Assembly: GCA_029858565.1 (NCBI GenBank)
Contig: JAOUEV010000008.1
Coordinates: 13,969-77,968, forward strand
From: Nitrospirota bacterium
GTDB taxonomy: Bacteria > Nitrospirota > UBA9217
Direction of reading: 5' to 3'
Length of the DNA: 64,000 nucleotides
Positions 15,795 through 26,043 of the stretch are shown here, one piece after another (position 1 is the stretch's first letter; each line of letters begins with the position of its first letter). Under the pieces are notes generated by a model that was given only the letters and a program-made list of their open reading frames with translations, searched no databases and was not told the DNA's origin. Position numbers and translations under genes: made by a program.

Positions 15795-16555
15795 CGCTAC
15801 CTGTTGATCTTGAGGTAAAAAACCTCAACTTCTACTACAACGGAAATGCCCATGCCTTGCGGGATATTTCCCTGCCCGTTTACAAGAACCGGGTGACAGC
15901 GTTGATCGGGCCGTCAGGCTGCGGGAAGACCACTCTGCTCCGCTGCTTTAACCGCATGCACGACCTCTACCCGCGCCACCGGTACGAGGGGGAGATCCTG
16001 TTCGAGGGGCGCAACATCCTCTCGGACAAGGAGGACCTGATCAACCTGCGCGGCCGGATCGGCATGGTCTTCCAAAAGCCCACGCCCTTTCCCATGTCCA
16101 TTGCCGAGAACATCGCCTACGGCCTCCGGCTCAAGGGCATCAAGAGCAGGACCGAGCTGTCCGGCAGGATCGAACAGGCCCTGAAGCACGCGGCGCTCTG
16201 GAACGAGGTGCGGGACAAATTGAACAACAGCGCCTACGACCTCTCGGGCGGCCAGCAGCAGCGGCTCGTGATCGCCCGCGCACTTGCCGTGGAGCCTGAA
16301 GTCTTGCTGTTCGACGAGCCGACATCGGCGCTGGACCCGATCTCTACCGGCAAGATCGAGGAGCTGGTGGCGGAGCTCAAGCAGGATGTGACCATCATCA
16401 TTGTGACCCATAACATGCAGCAGGCCGCGCGGGTTTCCGACATGACCGGGTTCATGTACCTTGGCGATCTTGTCGAGTTCGACACAACGGAAAAGATCTT
16501 CACCGCTCCGGAAAAGAAACAGACCGACGATTATATTACGGGAAGATTTGGGTAA
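15791..16555 (+). CDS. pstB: Phosphate ABC transporter ATPase
   Basis: [35 protein letters not shown]. Confidence 0.97.
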   Translation: MTLPVDLEVKNLNFYYNGNAHALRDISLPVYKNRVTALIGPSGCGKTTLLRCFNRMHDLYPRHRYEGEILFEGRNILSDKEDLINLRGRIGMVFQKPTPFPMSIAENIAYGLRLKGIKSRTELSGRIEQALKHAALWNEVRDKLNNSAYDLSGGQQQRLVIARALAVEPEVLLFDEPTSALDPISTGKIEELVAELKQDVTIIIVTHNMQQAARVSDMTGFMYLGDLVEFDTTEKIFTAPEKKQTDDYITGRFG

Positions 16556-16560
16556 ATCCA

Positions 16561-16622
16561 GTGCGGAATGCGGAGTGCGAAGTGCGGAGCTGACCCCTTA
16601 CCCCTAACGACTTACGCCTTAC
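16561..16622. repeat. Heptamer tandem repeats (GTGCGGA units, then CCCCTTA-like units)
   Basis: GTGCGGAATGCGGAGTGCGAAGTGCGGAG followed by CCCCTTACCCCTAACGACTTACGCCTTAC. Confidence 0.6.
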
Positions 16623-16643
16623 AGGTTTACGAAGGAGAGAACA

Positions 16644-17324
16644 ATGGCTCATCAGAAAGAACAGGACATCGAAGCGCTCAAGGAACGGATCCTCAAGATG
16701 GGAAGCCTCGTGGAAGATGCTATCCGCAAGGCGGTCAAGGCGCTCGTTGAGCGCGACCGGGACCTTGCCCTGGGGGTGATCGACGGCGACGCCATTGTGA
16801 ACACGCTGGACGTGGAGATCGAGGAGGAGTGCATCAGGTTTCTCGCCATCTGGCAGCCCTCGGGCAGCAACCTCCGTTTCGTGACCACGGCGATCAAGAT
16901 CATCACGGACCTGGAGCGTATGGGAGACCTGGCCGTGGACATCTGCGAGCGCTCCGTGGAGCTCTTGGACGAACCGCAGCTGAAGCCCTACATCGACATC
17001 CCGCGCATGGCAGAGGCCAGCCAGAAAATGTTGAAGGACAGTCTCGATGCCTTCGTGGCCCGGGACGCGGACAAGGCCCTCGCGGTCTGCGCTGCCGATG
17101 ATTTTGTGGACAACCTGAACAGCCAGATCTTCAACGAGCTCCTGATCTACATGCTCCAGGACCCCAAGAACATCTCCCGCGCGGTCCGGCTCTCCTATAT
17201 CACCAAATATCTCGAGCGGGTGGCCGACCATGCCACGAACATCGCCGAGATGGTGGTCTACATGGTCAGGGGCAAGGTGATCAGGCACATGGCCTGCGAG
17301 ATCCGGAACTCCGACAAGACCTGA
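16644..17324 (+). CDS. phoU: Phosphate signalling complex protein PhoU
   Basis: DLERMGDLA, YLERVADHATNIAE; follows pstB. Confidence 0.96.
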   Translation: MAHQKEQDIEALKERILKMGSLVEDAIRKAVKALVERDRDLALGVIDGDAIVNTLDVEIEEECIRFLAIWQPSGSNLRFVTTAIKIITDLERMGDLAVDICERSVELLDEPQLKPYIDIPRMAEASQKMLKDSLDAFVARDADKALAVCAADDFVDNLNSQIFNELLIYMLQDPKNISRAVRLSYITKYLERVADHATNIAEMVVYMVRGKVIRHMACEIRNSDKT

Positions 17325-17358
17325 TCAACCGGGCACTTTTCCCAAGAGCCCAAATTGT

Positions 17359-17387
17359 TTGACAAAACATGCGCCAGGGGCTAATAT
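17359..17387 (+). promoter_or_regulatory. Sigma-70 promoter for the arn cluster
   Basis: TTGACA-17 bp-TAATAT, ending 12 nt before the arnT ATG. Confidence 0.55.
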
Positions 17388-17399
17388 TGTGCTTCCACA

Positions 17400-19046
17400 A
17401 TGCGCCTGCGCGACCTCCTCATTCTGACACTTTTCCTCGCACTGTTCTTCGGGATCCTCCTCGGCAGCCGCCCCCTTTCTGTGCCCGACGAAGGACGGTA
17501 TGTCGAGATCCCCCGCGAAATGGTCGTGAGCCACGACTGGCTCACCCCGCGCCTGAACAGCGTAAAGTATTTTGAGAAGCCCCCGCTCTTCTACTGGATC
17601 GAGGCAATGCTGATCAGGCTGTTCGGCCTTTCCGAATGGTCGGTCCGCCTGGGGCCCGCGCTGCTCGCGCTCTTCGGATGTCTGGCGGTCTTCTTCGCCG
17701 GGAGCCGCATGTTCGGCCGGCTGACAGGCATATTTTCCGCGATCATTCTCGCCACAAGCATGCTCTATTTCGCCTTGAGCAGGCTCATCACCCTGGACAT
17801 GCCGGTCTCGGTGCTCCTGACCGCTGCATTGCTGTCCTTCCTGGCCGCCACCCGCGAACCGGCCGGCAGGACAAGGGTGCTTTTCTTCCGGGGCTTCTAC
17901 GCTTTTGCGGGACTGGCGGTCCTTACCAAGGGGCTTATCGGCATCGTATTCCCGGGCATGATCATCTTCTCCTGGATGCTCGTCACGGGAGAATGGCGCT
18001 TGCTCAGGTCAATGCATCTCTTGTCGGGATCGGTCATATTTTTCGCCATCGCCGCCCCCTGGCATATCCTCGTGGGCCGTGCCAATCCGGAGTTCTTCGA
18101 TTTCTACTTCGTTCGCGAGCATTTCCAGCGCTATCTCACCAAGGTCCATCACCACTACAAACCCTTCTGGTTCTTCATCCCCGTGGTCCTGGGAGGCCTT
18201 TTTCCCTGGTCGGCCTTCCTGGTCCAGGCTGTCCGCGACGCACTCCCGGCGACATGGAAGGACCGCCGTCAGCACAAGGAAACGCTCTTCCTTCTGCTCT
18301 GGGCAGCGCTGATCTTCCTGTTCTTCTCCGCGTCAAGTTCCAAGCTCATCCCCTATATCCTGCCCGTGCTGCCGCCCCTGGCGCTGCTTATCGGGAAATA
18401 CCTGGCAGATGCTGTCGAGCGCGGTCGCACGGGACTTCGTGCGGGCTTCAATGCATTCCTGGTCATGAGCGCCCTGATCGCGGTCGTGCTCGGAGCGCTT
18501 CCGTTCCGGCGGCCCGATGTGGCGCCGTCGGAGATCGCGCCCTATCTCATGATAATGATCGCCGTACTTGCGTCCGGCGCCTTCGGCGCGTGGTATCTTT
18601 GGAAAAACCGCCGTCTGCTCCCTGCTTTGGCGGCAACAGCGGCAACAGCTGTTCTCTTCATGACAACTGTTTCCGCGGCCGTGCCCCAGGTGAACGCCAA
18701 GAGCAACAAGTCCCTGGCACTGGAGATCAGAAAGCGGCTCGGCCCGGACGACGAGATCGTCCACTACCGCAACTACTACCAGGACCTTCCGGTCTATCTG
18801 GAGCGGCGCATGACCATTGTGGACTGGCGCGGAGAGCTGGACTTCGGCATGGCCATCGAGAACACAAGCGGCTGGATGATAGACGAGGCAGAGCTCTGGA
18901 AGCGGTGGCAGGGCCCGCGCAGGATATTCCTTGCTGCCGGGACCAGGGATGCCGATGCGATCAGGCAGATACCGGGAAAACTTTTTTTTCTGATTGCGCA
19001 GAACAAAAATACCGTTATACTATCCAATAAAGAGGACCAGCAATGA
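17400..19046 (+). CDS. arnT: 4-amino-4-deoxy-L-arabinose transferase (GT83)
   Basis: PDEGRYVEIPREM, YFEKPPLFYW, LTKG, SKLIPYILP; arn context. Confidence 0.88.
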   Translation: MRLRDLLILTLFLALFFGILLGSRPLSVPDEGRYVEIPREMVVSHDWLTPRLNSVKYFEKPPLFYWIEAMLIRLFGLSEWSVRLGPALLALFGCLAVFFAGSRMFGRLTGIFSAIILATSMLYFALSRLITLDMPVSVLLTAALLSFLAATREPAGRTRVLFFRGFYAFAGLAVLTKGLIGIVFPGMIIFSWMLVTGEWRLLRSMHLLSGSVIFFAIAAPWHILVGRANPEFFDFYFVREHFQRYLTKVHHHYKPFWFFIPVVLGGLFPWSAFLVQAVRDALPATWKDRRQHKETLFLLLWAALIFLFFSASSSKLIPYILPVLPPLALLIGKYLADAVERGRTGLRAGFNAFLVMSALIAVVLGALPFRRPDVAPSEIAPYLMIMIAVLASGAFGAWYLWKNRRLLPALAATAATAVLFMTTVSAAVPQVNAKSNKSLALEIRKRLGPDDEIVHYRNYYQDLPVYLERRMTIVDWRGELDFGMAIENTSGWMIDEAELWKRWQGPRRIFLAAGTRDADAIRQIPGKLFFLIAQNKNTVILSNKEDQQ

Positions 19047-19278
19047 ACTATTTACCGCTCATCCTGCTCGGCGGGCTCACGTGCTATGTGATCAGCGTCG
19101 CGGTCTGGCTCCCGGTGCTTTCCCGCGTGGAAGTGAGCTTGCCTATCCGCTCCTGTCAGCGGGCTACATCGTGAACGCCGTGGCGGGCTACTTTTTGTTC
19201 CAGGAGAACCTTTCGGTCACGCGGATAACGGGCATCGTGATCATCTGCGTGGGCGTGTATTTTGTGACAAGAAGGTGA
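19043..19278 (+). pseudogene. ArnE/ArnF-like SMR flippase with a frameshift and an apparent internal deletion
   Basis: MNYLPLILLGGLTCYVISVAVWLPVLSRVEVS then a frame change near 19140 into AYPLLSAGYIVNAVAGYFLFQENLS...; length 236 nt is not a multiple of 3. Confidence 0.75.
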
Positions 19279-19293
19279 GATTCATGAACCGTT

Positions 19294-19377
19294 TATCGCA
19301 CGAAGCCACAAAGGCGCGAAGTGACTTCAGAATCACGTCATTCTTTTCTTCGTGTCTCCGTGGCTTCGTGCGAGATA
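19294..19377. repeat. Intergenic REP-like inverted repeat
   Basis: TCGCACGAAGCCAC ... GTGGCTTCGTGCGA. Confidence 0.65.
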
Positions 19378-19432
19378 GTCGTTGATGTTGTATTGGTTTC
19401 GGGTCTGATGCGGTAACCTATAAGAAAATCCG

Positions 19433-20596
19433 ATGACTAACGATTCAAAAGAACAGTTTCTTCCCTTTTCCCGGCCCACGATCAGCCAGGAGGCGATCGA
19501 CGAGGTGGTGACCTGCCTGAAGTCCGGCTGGATCACCACGGGACCAAGGGTGAAGCAGTTCGAGGAAGATCTTAAGAACTACCTCAATGCGCCCTACGCG
19601 CTCTGCCTTACCTCGGCGACAGCTGGCCTCCATCTGGCGCTGACTGCGCTCAAGCTCAAACCGGACGACGAGGTTATCACCACGCCCATGACCTTCGCGG
19701 CCACGCTGAACACCATCGTCCTCGCGGGCGGCACGCCGGTGCTCGTGGATGTGGAGCCGGGCACCTATAATATGGATGTGACGAAGATCGCAAAGGCGGT
19801 CACAAAACGCACCCGGGCGATCATGCCGGTCCATTTCGCCGGACTTCCGGTGGACCTGGACCCGCTCTACGACATCGCGAAGAAGCATAACCTCCGGGTG
19901 ATCGAGGACGCGGCCCATGCCATCGGCGCGGAATATAAAGGCAAGCGCATCGGCAGTTTCGGCGACATCCAGGTCTTCAGCTTCCATCCCAACAAGAACA
20001 TGACCACCGGCGAAGGCGGCTGCGTGGTGACCCGCGACGAGCAGCTGGCGTCGGAGGTGGCGCTCCTCCGGTTCCACGGTATGGACCGCGAGGCCTGGAA
20101 CCGCTTCGGCAAGACCGGAAGCCAGCATTACGAGATCATCGCCCCGGGATACAAGTACAACATGATGGACATCCAGGCCGCGCTGGGACTGCACCAGCTG
20201 AAAGCGCTCGACGGCTTCATCAAACGCAGAACAGACCTGGCCCTGCGCTATCACGCCATTCTGAAAGACTGGCCGCAGCTTACGCTGACGACATCGCCGT
20301 CCTACGACCGTCTGCACGCATGGCATTTGTACACACCGCTCGTCAACCCCGAAAAAGCGGGAATGGACCGCAACGGGTTCATGGCCGCGCTCAAGGAGCG
20401 GAACATCGGCACAGGCCTCCACTACCGGGCCGCGCACCTGTACCCCTACTACCGCGAGAACTACGGGTTCAAGCCCGGAGATTTCCCGAATGCCGAGAAG
20501 ATATCGGACCGCATCGTGAGTCTTCCGCTCTTCCCGTTGATGTCCAACTCGGACCAGGACCGGGTGATCTCGGCGATGAAGGATGTGTTTAAATGA
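19433..20596 (+). CDS. arnB: UDP-4-amino-4-deoxy-L-arabinose aminotransferase (DegT/DnrJ family)
   Basis: SGWITTGP, SATAGLH, IEDAAHA, FSFHPNKNMTTGEGG. Confidence 0.88.
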   Translation: MTNDSKEQFLPFSRPTISQEAIDEVVTCLKSGWITTGPRVKQFEEDLKNYLNAPYALCLTSATAGLHLALTALKLKPDDEVITTPMTFAATLNTIVLAGGTPVLVDVEPGTYNMDVTKIAKAVTKRTRAIMPVHFAGLPVDLDPLYDIAKKHNLRVIEDAAHAIGAEYKGKRIGSFGDIQVFSFHPNKNMTTGEGGCVVTRDEQLASEVALLRFHGMDREAWNRFGKTGSQHYEIIAPGYKYNMMDIQAALGLHQLKALDGFIKRRTDLALRYHAILKDWPQLTLTTSPSYDRLHAWHLYTPLVNPEKAGMDRNGFMAALKERNIGTGLHYRAAHLYPYYRENYGFKPGDFPNAEKISDRIVSLPLFPLMSNSDQDRVISAMKDVFK

Positions 20597-21537
20597 TGAC
20601 AAAACCCTACATCAGCGTCGTCATCCCGGTCTATAATGAGCAGGAGAACCTGCGGCAGCTCTTTGAGCGGCTGACCTCGACCATGGACGCTTTCGGCAGG
20701 CCCTGGGAGGTCCTGTTCACGAATGACGGCAGCCGGGACAACTCCATGGAGCTCCTGAAGAGCTTCCACAAACAGCGGCCGAAGCAGGTGCGCGTGATCG
20801 ACTTTAGCGGCAACTTCGGCCAGCACATGGCCATCATCGCGGCCTTCGAACACGTGCGGGGCGAGGTGATCGTGACTCTGGACGCGGACCTGCAGAACCC
20901 GCCCGAGGAGATCCCCAAGCTGCTTGCCGCGATCGAAGCGGGACACGACTCCGTGGGAGGATATCGCAGGAACCGGCAGGACACCTTCTTCCGCAAGTAC
21001 GCTTCGAAGATCATCAACGGGATCCGGGCGAAGGTCACCAGGATCCGCATGAAGGACCAGGGCTGCATGCTCCGGGCGTACCGGAAGCACATCGTGGACA
21101 ACATCGTAGCCAGCGGCGAAACCTCCACGTTTATTCCCGCGCTGGCCTACAGCTATTCCGCGAACCCGGGAGACGTGGAAGTGGAGCATGCGGCGCGCGC
21201 GGCAGGGGAGTCCAAGTACCGGCTCTACGATCTCATCCGGCTCAACTTCGACCTGATGACCGGATTTTCCATGGTGCCGCTCCAGGCCTTCACGCTATTC
21301 GGCATGATCGTGTCGGTATTCAGCTTCCTGTTCGTGGTGTTCCTGTTCATCCGCCGCATCGTGGTCGGCCCCGAGGCCGAGGGTTTGTTCACCCTCTTCG
21401 CCATCCTCTACTTCTTCGTCGGCATCGGCATCATGGGCCTGGGCATCATCGGCGAGTACGTCGGACGCATCTACAAGGAAGTGCGGCGCAGGCCGCGCTT
21501 TATCATTCGAAATATCTACGAGGAGACCAATGACTAA
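20593..21537 (+). CDS. arnC: Undecaprenyl-phosphate Ara4FN transferase (GT2)
   Basis: SVVIPVYNE, NFGQHMAI, DADLQNPPEEIP, GEYVGRIY. Confidence 0.88.
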   Translation: MMTKPYISVVIPVYNEQENLRQLFERLTSTMDAFGRPWEVLFTNDGSRDNSMELLKSFHKQRPKQVRVIDFSGNFGQHMAIIAAFEHVRGEVIVTLDADLQNPPEEIPKLLAAIEAGHDSVGGYRRNRQDTFFRKYASKIINGIRAKVTRIRMKDQGCMLRAYRKHIVDNIVASGETSTFIPALAYSYSANPGDVEVEHAARAAGESKYRLYDLIRLNFDLMTGFSMVPLQAFTLFGMIVSVFSFLFVVFLFIRRIVVGPEAEGLFTLFAILYFFVGIGIMGLGIIGEYVGRIYKEVRRRPRFIIRNIYEETND

Positions 21538-22438
21538 ACCCGCAATTGTTGTCTTTGCCTACCACGAGGTAGGCTACGAGTGCCTCGACGCGCTCATTGA
21601 GAATGACGAGTACATCCTTGCCGTGGTCACCCACCGTGACGACCGGGACGAGGAGATCTGGTTCCGGTCCGTGGCGCAGCTGGCACGGAAGTACGATATC
21701 CCCGTGTACACGCCCGAGACCGTCAACACCCCGGAATGGGCGGACCGCATCCGGGGATGGAATCCCGAGATCATCTTCTCCTTCTACTACCGGAACATGA
21801 TCTCCGAGGACATCCTGAACATCCCCCGGCTCGGGGCGTACAACATGCACGGATCGCTCCTGCCGAAGTACCGCGGCCGGTCGCCGATCAACTGGGCCAT
21901 CGTGAACGGGGAAAAAGAGACCGGCGTGACGCTCCACCACATGGTGAAAAAGGCCGATGCCGGCGATATCGTTGACCAGGAAAAGGTCGCGATCGGACCG
22001 GACGATACGGCCGTCGACGTGTTCAAGAAGTGCACGGCAGCGGCGCGCGCGGTGCTCGAGCGCCAGATCGAGGCGATCACGTCCGGGACAGCGGCGCGCA
22101 CGCCCCAGGACGAGTCGCAGGCGACCACCTTCGGAGGCAGAAAACCCGAGGACGGCAAGATCGACTGGACCCAAAGCGCGGGATCGATCTACAACCTCAT
22201 CCGCGCAGTGACATTTCCCTATCCCGGCGCGTTTACCACCGTGGATGACAAGAAGCTGTTCATCCTGTGGGCGAAGCCGGTCACCGGAAAGAGCGGCCCT
22301 GCAGCGGGCCAGGTCCTGTCGTCGGACCCGCTCATTATCGCGGCCGGCACAGGCAGCCTCGAAATCCTGAACGCGGAATGGGATGGCGATGAGGACGAGG
22401 ATGTACAGCTGAAGACAGGACAGATAGCAGGAACGTAA
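21530..22438 (+). CDS. UDP-L-Ara4N formyltransferase (ArnA N-terminal half as a separate gene)
   Basis: [28 protein letters not shown]. Confidence 0.88.
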   Translation: MTKPAIVVFAYHEVGYECLDALIENDEYILAVVTHRDDRDEEIWFRSVAQLARKYDIPVYTPETVNTPEWADRIRGWNPEIIFSFYYRNMISEDILNIPRLGAYNMHGSLLPKYRGRSPINWAIVNGEKETGVTLHHMVKKADAGDIVDQEKVAIGPDDTAVDVFKKCTAAARAVLERQIEAITSGTAARTPQDESQATTFGGRKPEDGKIDWTQSAGSIYNLIRAVTFPYPGAFTTVDDKKLFILWAKPVTGKSGPAAGQVLSSDPLIIAAGTGSLEILNAEWDGDEDEDVQLKTGQIAGT

Positions 22439-22461
22439 TACATCAAAGAACGGGGCATCAC

Positions 22462-23499
22462 ATGAGCCTCAAGGTACTTATCCTCGGCGTCAACGGCTTT
22501 ATCGGCAATAGCCTCACCGAGCAGATTCTCCGACAGAAGGACTGGGAGGTCTACGGCATGGACGTGGCCTCGGACAAACTCGACCAGTGCCTGGACCATG
22601 AACGCTTCGGGTTCTTCGAAGGCGACATCACTATCAACAAGGAGTGGATCGAGTACCACGTTGCGAAATGCGATGTCGTGATCCCGCTCGTTGCCATTGC
22701 CACACCGGCAAGCTATGTTCGGGACCCGCTCCGGGTCTTCGAGCTGGACTTCGAGGCGAACCTTGCCATCGTGAGAATGTGCGTAGCCTACGGCAAACGG
22801 GTCCTGTTCCCGTCCACTTCCGAGGTCTACGGCATGTGCGGCGACCGGGAGTTCGACGAGGAAACATCGAGCATGATCTACGGCCCCATCGACAAGTCCC
22901 GCTGGATCTACGCCTGCTCCAAGCAGCTTCTGGACCGGGTCATCCATGCCTATGGTCTTCAGCACGGGCTCAAGTACACGCTCTTCCGCCCCTTCAACTG
23001 GATCGGCCCGAAGCTCGACAACATCCTGGAGCCCAAGGAAGGCAGCTCCCGCGTGCTGACCCAGTTCATCGGCAACATCCTGCGGGGCAAGGACATCCAG
23101 CTCGTGGACGGCGGCGGCCAGCGCCGCAGCTTCACCTACATCGACGACGGCATCGATGCGCTCATCCGGATCATCGAGAACAAGAACAACGCGGCTGACA
23201 GCCGGATCTTCAACATCGGGAACCCGAAGAACGACGTGTCCATCAAGGAACTTGCCGAGACGCTCATCAAGCTCATCCGGACCTATCCGGCCTACGCCAA
23301 GATGGCCGATAGCGTTCAGATCGTGACCGTCAGCTCCGGCGACTATTACGGCAAGGGCTACCAGGACATCCAGACCCGCGTCCCCTCCATCAGGAACATG
23401 GAACAGTATCTCGGGTGGAAGCCGACCACGGACCTGACCACGGCGCTTAAGAAGACCCTGGACTATCACCTCGCGCGGCCGAACCAGCAGCTCGACTAG
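22462..23499 (+). CDS. arnA: UDP-glucuronic acid oxidase/decarboxylase (ArnA C-terminal half)
   Basis: [33 protein letters not shown]. Confidence 0.88.
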   Translation: MSLKVLILGVNGFIGNSLTEQILRQKDWEVYGMDVASDKLDQCLDHERFGFFEGDITINKEWIEYHVAKCDVVIPLVAIATPASYVRDPLRVFELDFEANLAIVRMCVAYGKRVLFPSTSEVYGMCGDREFDEETSSMIYGPIDKSRWIYACSKQLLDRVIHAYGLQHGLKYTLFRPFNWIGPKLDNILEPKEGSSRVLTQFIGNILRGKDIQLVDGGGQRRSFTYIDDGIDALIRIIENKNNAADSRIFNIGNPKNDVSIKELAETLIKLIRTYPAYAKMADSVQIVTVSSGDYYGKGYQDIQTRVPSIRNMEQYLGWKPTTDLTTALKKTLDYHLARPNQQLD

Positions 23500-23579
23500 C
23501 GCAAGCAACCGGATCAGCACAAACAGAACGGGCGTGGTGGATATCCACCACGCCCTGTTTATTCCTCCTCCAGCAACTC

Positions 23580-23640
23580 GTAGATCGGGTAGAGTGCAGC
23601 GAAACCCGACGTAACTTGCAGCATGTCGGATTTCACTTCG
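23580..23640. repeat. GTAG-type REP-like element
   Basis: GTAGATCGGGTAGAGTGCAGCGAAACCCGAC ... GTCGGATTTC; a related sequence GTCGGGTTTCGC occurs near 58375. Confidence 0.45.
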
Positions 23641-23721
23641 TCCTGGTCGACGTACCAACTGCTCAGAACATAGCCAACGATATATGTCCATCAAATGATA
23701 GTCCAAATCTCTAGCGAAGAG

Positions 23722-24680
23722 CTATCGTTCCCGACCAGCGCTATCAACGTTTGTGAACAGATTTTCCTTGAATTCCATGTTTCTTGTATAATCAGGATTC
23801 AGATAGTAAGTCATAAAAATCGCAGCAGTATGCTCGTAGCCTGGCTGGACTTTCATCTCACCCTGTATTTTTCCATACATTGCTCGAATCAATTTTCCAT
23901 TGCGCTCTTCCGAACGCACACGAAAGAAATAGTTGTTATCTGCAGTTGTGTTCTTTGTATAAATGCTCGGGGATTCTTTCAATGTGCTAATTAACAATTT
24001 TGATAACCGTCTCCCGGAGCAAAGCGCGGCAATTTGAACGAACTCCCTGACCTGATGTCTTCCTTATAAAGTTGAATGCCATCAAACTTACCGGGAAAAG
24101 TTACCTTGAAAATATACTCACCCTCATCGTTCTTTACTGATTTCTTATCAATTTGAAATATAATATCAGCCCGTTTGCCGCTGCCATATGGCGAAACCCA
24201 ATCATATTCGATTAAGTCAAAACCTACAGCTTTGCCCAAAATAGGGATTATGACCTCTTTCCCCAACACTGTATTCCTAACGTACATAGGAACAGGATGT
24301 TCAATTTTCCTCATGACGACCACAACCTCAGGGTTCCATGGCTCCCAACGACCATTTGATATTTCTTTAAAAGAATAACTTCCGCCCGACTTGTAGTAAC
24401 CTTCTTTTGTGACATCAAAATTAACCTCGTCACCTGCAGTTGCGGATGCGGTGAAATGGCCATCTGAATCAGAATAGCCGTTTTCTTCGACCTCTTTAGT
24501 AGTTGAATAGATACGAATCATGAAACCAGCTCCGATTTTTGCTCTTTCGACGGGCTTGCCTTCTTCATCGACGATCTTTAATGTTACTTTTGCGCTTGCT
24601 GTATCCATATATGATTTCGCATGTAACATGCTTGACGAAGAGATTAACACAAAAACCGCAATCAGTATTCTATTCAGCAT
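23722..24680 (-). pseudogene. AT-rich exported protein (carboxypeptidase-regulatory-like N-domain), frameshifted
   Basis: ORFs 23991..24680 and 23722..23997 join if one A is added to the A4 run near 23998-24001; signal peptide; KVTLKIVDEEGKPVERA motif. Confidence 0.65.
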
Positions 24681-24801
24681 TATTTTGACTCTCCATTCCT
24701 ATCATGAGGATCGTAGCAGGGACATTCGTGTATTTATTTGAATTGTGTTATATCGCGACAAACCCGAGTCTATCAGAAATAGATCGTCCTGTAAATTGAA
24801 A

Positions 24802-24830
24802 TTGACTCGATCCGCTGATATCCTTATAGT
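24802..24830 (+). promoter_or_regulatory. Sigma-70 promoter for arnD
   Basis: TTGACT-17 bp-TATAGT. Confidence 0.5.
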
Positions 24831-24873
24831 AATTCATCATTCATATCACGAAAGGTCAAAATCTTAATAACTC

Positions 24874-25782
24874 ATGCCCGACATCACCCTCTCCATCAAG
24901 ATCGACGTAGACACCGACCGCGGAACACGCATCGGCGTGCCGAACCTGCTGCGGCTTTTCGACGAATACGGGATCAAGGCGACATTCCTCTTTTCCCTCG
25001 GCCCGGACAACACCGGCCGCGCAATCAAGCGCATCTTCCGTCCGGGGTTCTTCAGCAAGGTCTCGCGCACCAGCGTGGTCAGCACCTATGGCATCAGGAC
25101 GCTCATGAACGGCGTGCTTTTGCCGGGTCCCCATGTGGGCCGCAGGAACGAAGGCGTGATGCGACAAACCCGCGACCGGGGACACGAGGTTGGCATCCAC
25201 TGCTACGATCACATACGGTGGCAGGACGGGCTGGCATCCATGAGCGCCTACGAAGTTCGGGAGGAGTTCGGCAAGGCGAAGAAGGAGTTCGAGCGCATCT
25301 TCGGCGAACCGGCGATGACGCACGGTGCAGCAGGATGGCAAACGAACGCTTTCAACTGCTCTCTTGAGGATGAGGCAGAGCTGCTCTATGCCAGCGACTG
25401 CCGGGGCACACACCCCTTTTTCCCCCGCGTTGCCGGCACGGTCTTCAGGACCCTGCAGCTCCCCACGACCCTTCCCACGCTGGACGAACTGCTCGGAAGA
25501 CCCGAATACCCTTACGACCGTATCGCTGACCATTATTGTTCGCTCCTCAAGCCGGGTTTGAACGTTCTGACCATCCATGCTGAGATGGAAGGCATGCGTC
25601 ATGAACCTTTTTTCCGGTCCCTCCTTGGCAGCCTGAAAGAAAAGAGCGTCACAATCGTCCTGTTGAAGGACGTTGCCGCCGGCCTTCTCAAAGACCGCTC
25701 CGCAATCCCGGTTTGCGACATGGTTGCGGGCACTGTTGACGGCCGCTCCGGTACCCTTGCGATCCAGGCGACCTGCGTCTAG
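24874..25782 (+). CDS. arnD: Ara4FN-undecaprenyl deformylase (polysaccharide deacetylase family)
   Basis: KIDVDTDRGT, GPDNTGR, HEVGIH.YDH, LPTTLPTLDE, TIHAEMEG. Confidence 0.88.
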   Translation: MPDITLSIKIDVDTDRGTRIGVPNLLRLFDEYGIKATFLFSLGPDNTGRAIKRIFRPGFFSKVSRTSVVSTYGIRTLMNGVLLPGPHVGRRNEGVMRQTRDRGHEVGIHCYDHIRWQDGLASMSAYEVREEFGKAKKEFERIFGEPAMTHGAAGWQTNAFNCSLEDEAELLYASDCRGTHPFFPRVAGTVFRTLQLPTTLPTLDELLGRPEYPYDRIADHYCSLLKPGLNVLTIHAEMEGMRHEPFFRSLLGSLKEKSVTIVLLKDVAAGLLKDRSAIPVCDMVAGTVDGRSGTLAIQATCV

Positions 25783-25814
25783 GCGCGAAAATTGCCCTCT
25801 TTTCCTAATTTATT

Positions 25815-25843
25815 TTGACAACCTCCGGCCCATCCGTTATAGT
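25815..25843 (+). promoter_or_regulatory. Sigma-70 promoter for mtnA
   Basis: TTGACA-17 bp-TATAGT. Confidence 0.6.
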
Positions 25844-25891
25844 AGTACTAGGTCTTGTAACAAGAACACCCAACAACTGACCCTCAAAGGC

Positions 25892-25985
25892 ATCTCGCGC
25901 AAAGCCGCAAAGACGCCAAGAGGATCTTCCCAAAACAGACCATCTTGCCTGTGCTTTCTTTGCGGCTTCGCGTCTTGGCGCGAGA
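25892..25985. repeat. REP-like inverted repeat, same family as 13645-13801
   Basis: TCTCGCGCAAAGCCGCAAAGACGCCAAG ... CTTGCGGCTTCGCGTCTTGGCGCGAGA. Confidence 0.75.
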
Positions 25986-26043
25986 CCAGGCCGTTATCGT
26001 TGTCAGTTTTTTTACGCTCAGATCGGAAAAAGGAGACCCGTAC

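Noticed and set aside
17636-19030. 464-aa alternative-frame ORF inside arnT, and similar shadows over pstS, arnB, mtnA and cimA
   Set aside because: Arg/Pro/Gly-rich off-frame translations typical of GC-rich coding DNA.
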